A DNA stretch of 63,933 bases, the filler included, from Folioceros fuciformis (Eukaryota): assembly GCA_049999805.1 (NCBI GenBank). It is 7 parts of 7 records of this genome, joined end to end, with 100 filler letters (N's around TTAATTAATTAA, not from the genome) between each part and the next. Parts side by side here need not be neighbours in the genome. Positions count along the whole stretch, not along the records: positions 46,257 to 52,598 come from JBNGIO010004055.1; positions 52,699 to 56,592 come from JBNGIO010004057.1; positions 56,693 to 59,567 come from JBNGIO010004062.1; 4 more parts are not named here. One strand, given 5' to 3'. Made by a program: the position numbers and the translations under genes. This document shows positions 46,257 through 56,845 of this stretch, one piece after another; the stretch's first letter is position 1; every line of letters begins with the position of its first letter. The notes under the pieces were generated by a model that was not told where the DNA came from, ran no database searches, and saw only the letters and a program-made list of their open reading frames with translations.

Positions 46257-49200
46257 TAGTTGACACTTACCAGGTCAAAAATGTCTGCACCTTGATTCAT
46301 GTTTGAGAACAATTTCACAGTCTTAGGATGAAGGAAGGGGATCCTGTTGGAACCTATGTCACAAAGTTGAGGTACCTCCGGGCACAACTGTTTGCGGTGG
46401 GAGCCAAGACGATTGATGTGGAGATGGTTCCTCAACTGTTGACCGGCTTGCCTCCATCCTATCAGACTTTTATCTCAGGACAGAATGCTTCCTTGCGTGC
46501 TGCCTACCAAGCAGCAGCCAGTGGACAGCCTACTACCTTGGACTTGAATGAAGTCATTGGAGCGCTCCTACAAGAGGAGCACAGCAGACACAAGTTAGGT
46601 GGCACTCATCTTCGAGGTGAGAAGGTCCTGTTTGCATCGAAAGGCAAAGGACCTTGGAAGGGGAAAGGAAAGAAGGGCAACTCATCTCAAAATCAACATT
46701 CCTCGATGCCTGTTGCACCAAAAAGACAAGGTAACTGCAACTAGTGTCAAGTGCTAGGCCACTAGGAAAGTGAGTGTCGCAGAAAGAAAGCTAGCGAGGC
46801 CAAGAGGGAGATTAAGCCTGAGGCTCATGTCACATCCAATGTGAAGATTAATTCTTCGAATCAGCAGAAACCCAAGAGCAATAGTTCTGTATTAACAGTT
46901 TGCTTGACGTCTTACAAGGAAACTTCATCTTCCTGGTTTGTTGATTCAGGTGCCACTGCACATGTCTGTAACAACCGTCAGCTGTTCTCCACCTTTCACA
47001 ATCAGAGGTCCCCACAATTAGTTTTTGTTGGGGACTCTAAAGGTGTAGAAGTTAAGGGCTGTGGAGATGTAGCCATACCTTTGCTAGGAGGTGCGTTCTT
47101 GTACTTGGAAGATGTCTTGTACGTTCCTGAAATGAGCTAAAATCTGCTGAGTATTAAGGTTGTGGCACAAAGTCAGCAGTATGGCTTCCGTTTTGAGGAT
47201 AGGAAATGCTACATTTATGAGCTTAGCAACCCACAAGACTATGTAGCTAAAGCCATACTTGCAATGATTCATACCAACTAGTCACAGTTACCAAGTCTAG
47301 AGCTAGTGCTCTAGTTGTTGCATCATATGCACAAGCTAATCTTTGGCATGCAAGGTTGGGTCATGTCAATAAGTTTAAACTGAATGTCATGGCCAACTCA
47401 GATTTTTATAGGGAGAAATTACCTTCCTGCTTCAAACTTTTAGAGTCTTGTAGCTCTTGCATTTTGTCCAAGCAGAAGGAGCTACCATTTAAGAACAAGA
47501 CGCCTAATCGTGCCAAGCCCTTGCTCGAACTTATACACGCTGACATTGCTGAAAAATCCAGGTCAAGTCATGAGGAGGTGCTGAATACTACCTAACATTG
47601 ACAAACGATTTTTCAAGGTACACATGGACATTTCCCATTAAACATAAGAGTGAATTGTATGATCAGATTGCTTCTTGGATACCTATGGTGCAACGCCAGA
47701 CAGGCCATTTGGTGAAGTGTTTTAGGACTGATAATGGAGGAGAGTTCATAGGCCAGAAGTTTGATGATCTCTTCCAGCAGTTTGGAATTATTCACCAACT
47801 CTCCGTTGCCTACACACAGCAACAAAATGGGGTTGCTGAGAGGAAAAACCAAACACTTATGGGAATGACCAGATGCATGTTATCCTATGCAGGGCTGCAT
47901 AAAAGTTACTAGGCAGAAGCAATTGTGACAGCAACTTACTTATTGAACAGAGTTGTCACATCTACTCTACCTGGAAAGACACCTTATGAAGCCTTATGGG
48001 GAAGGAAGCCAAGCCTGTCCCATCTCAAGGTCTTTGGGTCACCAGCCTTTGCCTTCATACCTGAAGCAAACCGTAAGAAGTTAGATGACAGAGCTAAACA
48101 ATTGGTGTTTGTTGGATACTCAGAGGAGTCAAAGGCCTACAAACTGTTTGATCTAGCAACGTCTAAAACAACTCTGTCCAGAAGTGCAACTTTCAAAGAG
48201 CTTGTCCTCCCAGGCTGATGTGAACACTGGAGGTCCTGGCAGTTCGTCTCATTCCAAATCACTGCTGGACGAGCAGCCTCTCATAGTCCTAGTTAATTAT
48301 CCTCAGTCTGATGGAGAATCACCACAAGCTGATGATTATGCAGTTGTGGATGATATCTTGAATCCTCTTGCTCCAGTTGCTCAGCTTGATCAGTTTATTC
48401 CTCAGAACCCTAATGAACAGGTAGCTGATGATGATCATTCAATTAGTGTAGGTCACTCCGAGCATGATGACAGAGAAGATGAACCTCTTGTAGATGATGC
48501 TTACCTTGAATCAGATATGGATGCAGATGCTGCAAGTGTTGTAAGCCACAGTGATCCTGGCTCTCTTGGATCTCTTGGTTTGGATGACCCTTTGTTGAAT
48601 ACAGATCATACTGTTGAAGAGGGAGCACCTCCTGCTGCTGCAGTGGGGGATACCTCTCCTCGGTATCCTATTCGTGAACGCCGTCCAAGGGCAGAGTGGC
48701 AGGAGCCCCCGTACCTGGCTATTGATTTTCGTAGACCAACAGCTCATGTGACAGATTTACATTTGCCTGAAGTTAGGCTTGATCCTTAGAGTTACAAAGA
48801 CGCATTTGAAGGGCCTGATGCTAAACACTGGAGGATTTCAATTGATGAAGGGTATAACTCGTTGGTCAAGAATAATACTTGGGAACTTGCAGATTTGCCT
48901 CTTGGCTGGAAACCTATCACCTGCAAGTGGGTTTTCAAAACTAAGTTAAAGGCAGATGGCACAATTGCAAGGTATAAATCACGACTAGTAGCTCAGGGTT
49001 TCTCTCAGATANNNNNNNNNNNNNNNNNNNNNNNNNNNNNNNNNNNNNNNNNNNNNNNNNNNNNNNNNNNNNNNNNNNNNNNNNNNNNNNNNNNNNNNNN
49101 NNNNNNNNNNNGATCAGCTTGAAGGGTTTGTTGATAAACAATTTCCTAATAAAGTTTGCAAGTTATTAAAAACCATATATGGGCTCAAGCAGAGCCCTTG

Positions 49201-49733
49201 TGCTTGGTACAAGAGGATCATGAAGTTTCTCAAAAAGCATGGCTTTGTACAATCTCTGCAGATTCCAATTTCTTTTACCTCTATTCTGACGGGCTGTTTG
49301 TCATTCTTGCTCTTTATGTCGATGATGCAATTTTGTTGAGCAATCACCCTAAGCAGCTTGACGCAGTGAAAGCTCTTCTTCGCTCTGAGTTTGAAATGAC
49401 AGATCAGGGGCCACTTGCTTTCTGACTCGGGATACAAATCCTACGGGACAGGCCACATAGCACCATCATGTTACACCCGACCAAATACATCAAAGAAATT
49501 CTTAAGAGGTTTCATCTGGATTCTGCAAAGCCTGTTTCAACACCTATAGTTGTGGGGGAAAAGCTTACCTTGGACCAGGCACCACAAGATGCTGTTGATG
49601 AGGCTATGATGACTGGAGTTCCATATGTTGAGGTTCTAGGTTGTTTAATTTTTCTGGCCAACTGGACTCGCCCTCATATTAGCTACTCTGTTAGTGTGGT
49701 CTCGCAGTTCATGAAGGCACCTGGCAAAGCACA
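46257..49733 (+). mobile_element. Ty1/copia element D, internal region (gag to RT), decayed and truncated by a LINE
   Basis: Gag (LLTGLPPSY, LLQEE), WFVDSGATAHVC, FRTDNGGEF, QQNGVAERKNQ, ITCKWVFK and LYVDD. It breaks at ...KAH into a T-tract at 49734. Confidence 0.92.
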
Positions 49734-50960
49734 TTTTTTTTTTCGCGAAGAAAAGAGTTCTGATTAATATTGGTCTCCTCTTACAATACTAAGGGGATCC
49801 CTGCCTACATATTTACATAACATGAGTACCATGCTCGGGTGAAAAAACCGACCCCGTGTCCAGCATTCTGGACAGGACCCGGACAACACTCCCCACCACC
49901 CTGAAAATGGCAAACTGCTAAGAACCACCAAACTTTCACCTCACCTTCATCCGGGGGCCAGGGGGGTTCACCTACCCCAAGGGTAGGTATGGTTCCACTA
50001 ATCGTCGCTCCCAGAAGCTAGGAAACCGGCCAACCTCCAATCACTCCGCTTGAACTGTTTCGGATAAGCCTGCTTCAAACTTTCTGCCGCAATAAGCAAA
50101 TGCTCCAAGGTGCGCCATAGTAGAGCCTTAGGGAAAGCTGGCACATTACCACCATAAACCACGGCAGACCAGTTGACCCAAAGATGAAACAGGCACGAGG
50201 ACCACAGTAGACCCCACCATTGCGACTGAAGTAACGCTTTGCCCGAGGTAGCATCCAGTCCAAATAAAGCAATTTGCTTTGTGATTCTGAGGTTGGAGTC
50301 AAGGAGAATCCTCTGCAACCAGCGACCCACCTCGCTCCAAATCTATTGGGCAAAACAACAATGGAAGAACATATGTTGGCTTTTGTTTGGGGCGCCAAAG
50401 GAACACAATCGACACTGGTCTTCTCCAATGGCAACCAACAACCTATCCCATTGATCCGCGTTAGGTAAACAAGCTTGAAAAAAACACCAAACCGTTGTCC
50501 TAACCTTGGGAGGAATTCCTACTGACTTCCCAAGCAGCATAACAGCCTCCTTTTGTCATCGCACAGAGAACTGTAACCTGGGAGCCATTGGTTGCCGTTG
50601 CTTGAGTTTCTGCGTTCATACCATCCAAAGGAAGAGGTCCGCCGTTGGAAGGTTGAAGAAAGACTGAGGTTTTACCGCCTTGCGTCCTGGCCCCCTGGAC
50701 CATTTGTAGAGATCTGGTCTTAAAGCCAAATCACAATTTTCCACTAGTCAAAACCAGCACCTTACGGCTGGCTTGTCCGAGGTTTGTGGCCTACTAGGAC
50801 GCTCATCTTGAGTGCACCATCGCCCTGCGTGATTAGACTTAGAGAGGACCGTGATGGCCCTTAGTTCCCCTCTACGGATATCTCCTTCATCCCTGCCCTG
50901 ATCTGCCAGAAGCCCTTCTGGTGAGCAGACCTTAAAGGCCAATTTACCTTCCTAGGGGAG
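49734..50960 (-). mobile_element. L1-clade non-LTR retrotransposon 3' fragment (zf-RVT region plus poly(A))
   Basis: The minus frame IPPKVRTTVW...CLP...CRLC...HMFFHCCFAQ*IW is the L1 zf-RVT CCHC signature. The ~10-T tract at 49734-49743 is the poly(A) tail on the minus strand. Confidence 0.8.
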
Positions 50961-50964
50961 TGGT

Positions 50965-52380
50965 CTACCTCATGCCCATGAGTGTCCAAGCTTGTGCGAA
51001 TTGCTCCGAAGAGAGCCCCTTGGTAAGAACATCTGCAGGGTTCTGACTGGTGTGAACTTTGACAAGCTGTACCCTCTTGTCTTCCAACACCTCTCGAATG
51101 AAGTGATACTGCACTTCCACATGTTTGGTCTTCGAATGAAACACTGGATTGTTTGCCAATTGAATAGCACTCTGGCTGTCACAATGCAACACTGGCAGCT
51201 CAACCTTGATCCCTAAATCTCCCACTAAACGAGCAAGCCACATGGCTTCCTTGCAAGCCTTAGTCGCTGCAACATACTCGGCCTCCGTGGTAGATAGCGT
51301 TATGCATGATTGCAAACGAGATCGCCATGAGACTGCCCCTCCTGTGCACATGAAGACGTAACCTGATGTGGACCTCCTTTTGTCCATATCCCCTGCATAA
51401 TCAACATCCGTATATCCCACGAGAGATGCATCTTCACTCCCAAAACATAAGCACAAAGCTTTCGTACCATTCAAGTACCTTATAACTCTTTTCACTGCCT
51501 CCCAATGCTTCCTGCCAGGGTTTGACATAAACTTGCTAACCACTCTCACTGCAAAGGCAATGTCAGGACGTGTAGCAATCATTGCATACATCAAACTCCC
51601 TACAGCTGATGAGTATGGAACCTTCTCCATTTCAACTTTGTCCTCCGCAGAGTTTGAGCAATCCTTGCTCGACAGTTTCACATATGGAGGCAACGGAGTA
51701 CTTAATACCTTCCCCTTCTCCATATTGAAACGTTGAAGCACCTTGTTAATGTATTCAGTCTGAGACAAGTACAACAAACGCTTCTGTCTGTCTCGACGAA
51801 TACGCATGCCAAGAATATGGCTTGCCTCTCCCAAGTCTGTCATGTCAAAGCGACCATTCAACTTTGACTTCAACGCTGAAATCTCATCACGGTTAGTCCC
51901 AGCAAATAGCATATCATCCACATAGAGGACCAGAATGAGCAAGCTTCCATCCTTAGCTTGCTTCGTATAGAGGCAATGATCCTCTTTGCTACGCTTGTAG
52001 CCTTGGGAAAGCATAAATGAGTGGAACTTGAAATACCACTCCCTGGGTGCCTGCTTCAAACCATAAAGGCTCTTCTTTAACTTGCACACCAGATTCTCTT
52101 TGCCCTTCTCAATGAAACCCTCTGGTTGTGGCATGTATACCTCTTCCTGGAGATCATCATGCAAAAATGCCGACTTCACATCCATTTGGACAAGTTCCAT
52201 GTCGAGCCTCGCAACCAGACCAAGAACACATCGCAAGGTGGTCATTTTGACAACCGGTGAGAAAATCTCATCAAAGTCAATACCTTGCTGTTGCTTAAAC
52301 CCCTTCGCAACCAATCGTGCCTTGTACTTGGGTTTGCCATAATGGGGTATGTCCTTCATCTTATATACCCATTTGCATGG
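50965..52380 (-). mobile_element. Ty1/copia element E, RT-RNase H fragment (Tnt1/Tork-like), uninterrupted 464-aa frame
   Basis: PCKWVYK, YKARLVAKGF, QMDVKSAFL, LYVDDML, GYTDVDYAGD, LHCDSQSAI and NPADVLTK. No stops. No PPT or LTR is seen after the stop codon. Confidence 0.93.
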
Positions 52381-52598
52381 TGTGAACGAAAAAAACTTTC
52401 GGAACCCCCATTTTGAGCAACGGAATGAGCAGGTTGTGATTTTTTTTGTGAAGGGACAGGCGAATGGGCTTAGTAGGTAAATAGGACTAGGGAGTTTATG
52501 CCCAAAGTCCCTCTTGGGCTTCGGGGTTTGGGGTGTACTGGAGACCGGGATAAGGAGGGGGAATGAGCGAGTGCCTCCTTGGCCCTCGGGTCATTGAG
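52381..52598. mobile_element. Terminus (TGTGAAC...) of a probable LTR element inserted into copia E; cut by the gap
   Basis: The copia RT codons end exactly at a TG start. The same TGTGAAC terminus interrupts the integrase at 59218. Confidence 0.55.
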
Positions 52599-52698
52599 NN
52601 NNNNNNNNNNNNNNNNNNNNNNNNNNNNNNNNNNNNNNNNNNTTAATTAATTAANNNNNNNNNNNNNNNNNNNNNNNNNNNNNNNNNNNNNNNNNNNN
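52599..52698. other. Assembly linker 44N-TTAATTAATTAA-44N
   Basis: 12-mer at 52643-52654. Confidence 0.95.
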
Positions 52699-54497
52699 GG
52701 CGGCACATATCCTCTGGGAGGAGCCACCCAGAACTTTTGCTCCTGGCGCGCCTGATCCGGGGGAGCCTGCTGAGGAGGAGACTGCTCGGCAAGCGGCACA
52801 TATCCTCTGGGAGGAGCCACCCAGAACTTTTGCTCCTGACGCGCCTGCTCGGGAGGAGCCTGCTGAGGAGGAGACTGCTCGGCAGGCGGCACATATCCTC
52901 TGGGAGGAGCCACCCAGAACTTTTGCTCCTGACGCGCCTGCTCGGGAGGAGCCTGCTGNNNNNNNNNNNNNNNNNNNNNNNNNNNNNNNNNNNNNNNNNN
53001 NNNNNNNNNNNNNNNNNNNNNNNNNNNNNNNNNNNNNNNNNNNNNNNNNNNNNNNNNNACATATCCTCTGGGAGGAGCAACCCAGAACTTTTGCTCCTGA
53101 CGCGCTTGCTCAGGAGGCGCCTGCTGAGGAGGGGATTGCTCAGGAGGAGATAGCTGCGCAGGAGACTGCTCAGAAGGCGGCACATATCCTCTGGGGGGAG
53201 CAGCCCAGAACTTTTGCTCTTGACGCGCTGGCTCAGGAGGAACCTGCTGACGAGGAGACTGTTCAGCGGGAGGCGCATACCCTCTAGGAGGAGCATCCCA
53301 GAACTTCTGATTTGGCGACGCCTGATCAGAAGTAGGCTGTTGAGGAGGAGACTGCTGAGCAGGCGGCACATATCCCCTAGGAGGAGCAACCCAAAACTTT
53401 TGGTCTTGGGGAGTTTTCTGAGGAGGAGATTGTGGAGGAGAAGACTGCTCCGCAGGTGGCACATATCCTCTGGGAGGAGCAACCCAAAACTTCTGCTCCT
53501 GAAGCGCCTGCTGAGGAGGAGACTGTTCAGCAGGCGGCACGTACCCTCTGGGAGGAGCAACCCAAGATTTCTGCTCTTGACGCGCCTGCTGCGGAGGTTC
53601 CTCATCTTGAGGCGCCACATATCCCCTGGGAGGAGCAACCCAGAACTTTTGCTCAGAACGAGGCTGCTGAGGAGGAGACTGCTCTTGAGGCGGCACATAC
53701 CCTCTAGGAGGAGCAACCCAAAACTTCTGCTCTTGACGCTCCTGCTCAGGAGGAGACGGCTGAGGAGGAGACTGCTCTTGAGGCGGCACATATCCCCTAG
53801 GAGGGGCAACCCACAACTTTTGCTCGGAACGAGACTGCTGAGGAGGAGTCTGCTCTCGAGGCGGCACATACCCTCTAGGAGGAGCAACCCAAAACTTTTG
53901 CTCTTGAGGCTCCGGCTGAGGAGGAGGCTGCTGAGAAGGAGACTGCTCTTGTGGCGGCACATATCCCCTAGGAGAAGCAACCCAGGACTTCTGATTCGTA
54001 TGCGGCTCCTCAAGAGGAGGAGGAGGCTGCTCAGGGGGCGGAACATAGCCTCTGGGAGGAGCAACCCAATACTTGTTCTCGGTAGCAGGCTGCTCAGGAG
54101 GTGGCGCGTATCCCCTTGGGGGAGCAACCCAGTTTTTCTGGGCGGAAATTTGGGTCGACACCTCCGGCTCCTGAGGGGCTCCATCCGCGGCACCTCCCTC
54201 CCGTTCGAACTCTACTTCCGGTACTTCGAAACCGTCCACGACGCCGTCTCCCCCCTGCCCTGACACCGCCGCGTAAGGGAACGCATTGGCGCTGGACGCG
54301 ACATCCACCGGCCTGACCCAGCAAGCTCCTCGCCATCCCGGAACCTTGGCACCATTCCTAAGAAACAGTCTTTGCGGGGGAGGAGCAGATTTCGACCCCG
54401 AGCCCGGCCCCGGCACCAATCCCGATCCGGACTCCGCCCCCGCCCGATGTAAAGCGGAGGTGAATCCCTGCGCGAGAAGGGAGACGGTGACACTCAT
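52699..54497 (-). CDS. Uncharacterised tandem-repeat protein: transit-peptide-like N-terminus plus at least 16 x QKFWVAPPRGYVPP; 3' end missing in the gap
   Basis: ATG at 54497 and no stop up to the gap at 53058; the repeats continue at 52958-52699. Synonymous codon variation within the invariant PRGY core. GC-rich upstream region with telo-boxes. Confidence 0.85.
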
Positions 54498-54839
54498 CCC
54501 TCCCCGCTGCCGCTGCTGCAGGCGCAGCTGCAGACAATGCCCGTCCCGACGTCAACAATCTGGTCCCCATCACAAATACGCACAATAAGATGAGCTCAAA
54601 GTGCAGCGGCGAAGACAAAGCTAAAAGAGCGAAACCCCAGCACCACGACCCAACTCAACACACACATATCCAAGCTCGAGTCTGGTGAAGGCTGATAACA
54701 GCACTGACTCACTCACGTTCCCTTCCCTGCCCAGCCCTGCCGAGCCGGCGTCAACAACAAGCAACCGCCTGGAGAATCCCCGACACAAGCTCCAACCGAC
54801 ACCGGCCAGCAGACACCGCTACCTCCATGATCCTCACGC

Positions 54840-55072
54840 AAACCCTAACCCACGAGCCACGAGGAATCCCCAGCACGCCGTGACACTCTGCGAGCAGTCC
54901 GACAAAGCAGCGGACCCGGCTAAGCGAGGTGGCAGATTCGAGCACGACCAATGAATCAGACAGGGCGCGCCGCGCCGGGCGCCCTAGCCTGGCCTGGCCC
55001 AGCCATCCCATCTCCCCGCCCTCTCTAACACTCCTCCGTCTGCCCTCACCGCTCTAAAGCCCTAAACCCTAA
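54840..55072. promoter_or_regulatory. Two telo-box motifs (AAACCCTAA) in the GC-rich promoter island upstream of the repeat-protein gene
   Basis: Exact AAACCCTAA at 54840-54848 and 55064-55072, within CpG-rich, non-decayed sequence. Confidence 0.4.
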
Positions 55073-56592
55073 CGCCCAGCCGCCCCGCCCGCCAGTTTCG
55101 CCCGGCGCAACGGCTGCGGTTGGAGGTGGAGCCTCTATCCATTCCCTCGCGCTTTCTACCTTGCGCGCTTTCTGCTTCCTGGGGGATAGATGTCTATCTA
55201 CTGTATCTATCTATCTATATATCTACACTAGTTCCGCTACCCAGCGTCATCTCGGCTGTGTGTGGGGCCGAGGAGGAGCGGTACACCCACAAGCAGAGGC
55301 ACAGGCACAGACCCAGGCCAATCAGTCACCACCTTTTTCACCTTCGTATCTTCCTCCACATTCCATTATTCGTGTACCATCTGCTTTGCTCGCACAATGC
55401 ACGGCGATAATATTCACGCTGACGCCCTCTTCTCGTCACACGCAAGCATTCTACCAGGGCAACAGCCTCGCCCAACACGAGGACACCACCACCATCCTCG
55501 ACACCCTTCTCCCTCCCATAAATCCTTGGACCAGCAAGAGCAAAAGCAAAAGGAAAAGCATCCATCCCCGGACGACCAAGACCAAAAGGAAAAGCAACCC
55601 AAGACAGCGCTCACTGCTCCTTTCCCGGATCACGCTCCTTCTCCTTCTCCTGCTCCTGCTGCCATCCCCAAGAAGGCAATTGATGGATTGTCACATAGCC
55701 AACATTCAAAAAGGAGGAAGACTAACAAGCACAAGACCAAATTTGTGCATCACAACACACGCACCAGCAGGCTTACCCTTCACATGAATTGGTTTCTTCA
55801 TGGCTTGAATTGTAATGAAAAAAAGTGGGCAAACTTGTGTTGGCACATCCTTCTAAAACAAAAATCCATCCATTCAACTAATCTTATTCTCTAATGTTCA
55901 AAACTTTTATGCATTTTTCCAACTCTTTTTCTTTCTATTTTGACTAGACATACACACAAGAGTATATTTTGTATTAAACAACATCCTGTAGTTATTTTAT
56001 GATATATTTATTATATTCAATAATATAAGTAATTTATTATTATTATTATAAAATAATAAATATTTTGAGTGCGTAGAGAGATACTTAGATTTAAAGAGTA
56101 AAGATCTCTTTTATTTAGTTTCTTGTTTAGGAGGGCAAAAAATTTCATTCTTGAACCCCTTGGTAAAACAAGATACTTGAGCTTGAGTGTTGTCCAAGCT
56201 TGATATTTGAGTTCCAACATCAGACCACCTCAAAGTTGCTTCTATCAATAGCATGTGTTGTTGAAAATTTAGCATTTTCCAAATCCAATCTCCAGCAAAG
56301 TAGAGCTACCAAAGGGGTTGTGATCCTTGTTTAGGATTAGGACTAGAACAAGGATTTGTTTTTTTCTTACCAAAAAAAAAGTTGAAAAAGGATGGATCGT
56401 GAATGAAAAGGTTGCCAAAGATGGTGAGAGACAGGCGGCGAAAGAAGAAGGATTTTGCTTACGAGAAGCGACGACCTCTCGTATTAAACAGCGCAACCTC
56501 TTAAAAAGGTAAAACAGGTGTAACTGGGGGAGGAGTGTGGAGGGAGAAGGCAAGGAGTTGGGTGGTAGCTGCATACTCATACTCTGTAAGGG

Positions 56593-56692
56593 NNNNNNNN
56601 NNNNNNNNNNNNNNNNNNNNNNNNNNNNNNNNNNNNTTAATTAATTAANNNNNNNNNNNNNNNNNNNNNNNNNNNNNNNNNNNNNNNNNNNN
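56593..56692. other. Assembly linker 44N-TTAATTAATTAA-44N
   Basis: 12-mer at 56637-56648. Confidence 0.95.
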
Positions 56693-56758
56693 ACCACCCT
56701 CTCTTCTCTCCTCTCCTCTCCTACACTTACACGTAGACTGGAGTCGATCCTATTGACA
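56693..56758 (+). repeat. 3' end of an LTR of the copia A family (3' or solo LTR)
   Basis: Near-identical to 32107-32172, ends in TTGACA and is not followed by a PBS. Confidence 0.85.
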
Positions 56759-56845
56759 ACTCCATCATGATCGTGAGCGCATTAGGCGTGTTAGAAACCT
56801 ATGGGGTTTGTGCAACANNNNNNNNNNTCGTGAGCGCATTAGGCG

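Noticed and set aside
52643-54263. Alternative-frame ORFs 52643-54193 (-) and 53214-54263 (+), Leu/Ser/Arg-rich
   Set aside because: Shadow frames of the repeat gene. Nucleotide variation is synonymous only in the WVAPPRGY frame.
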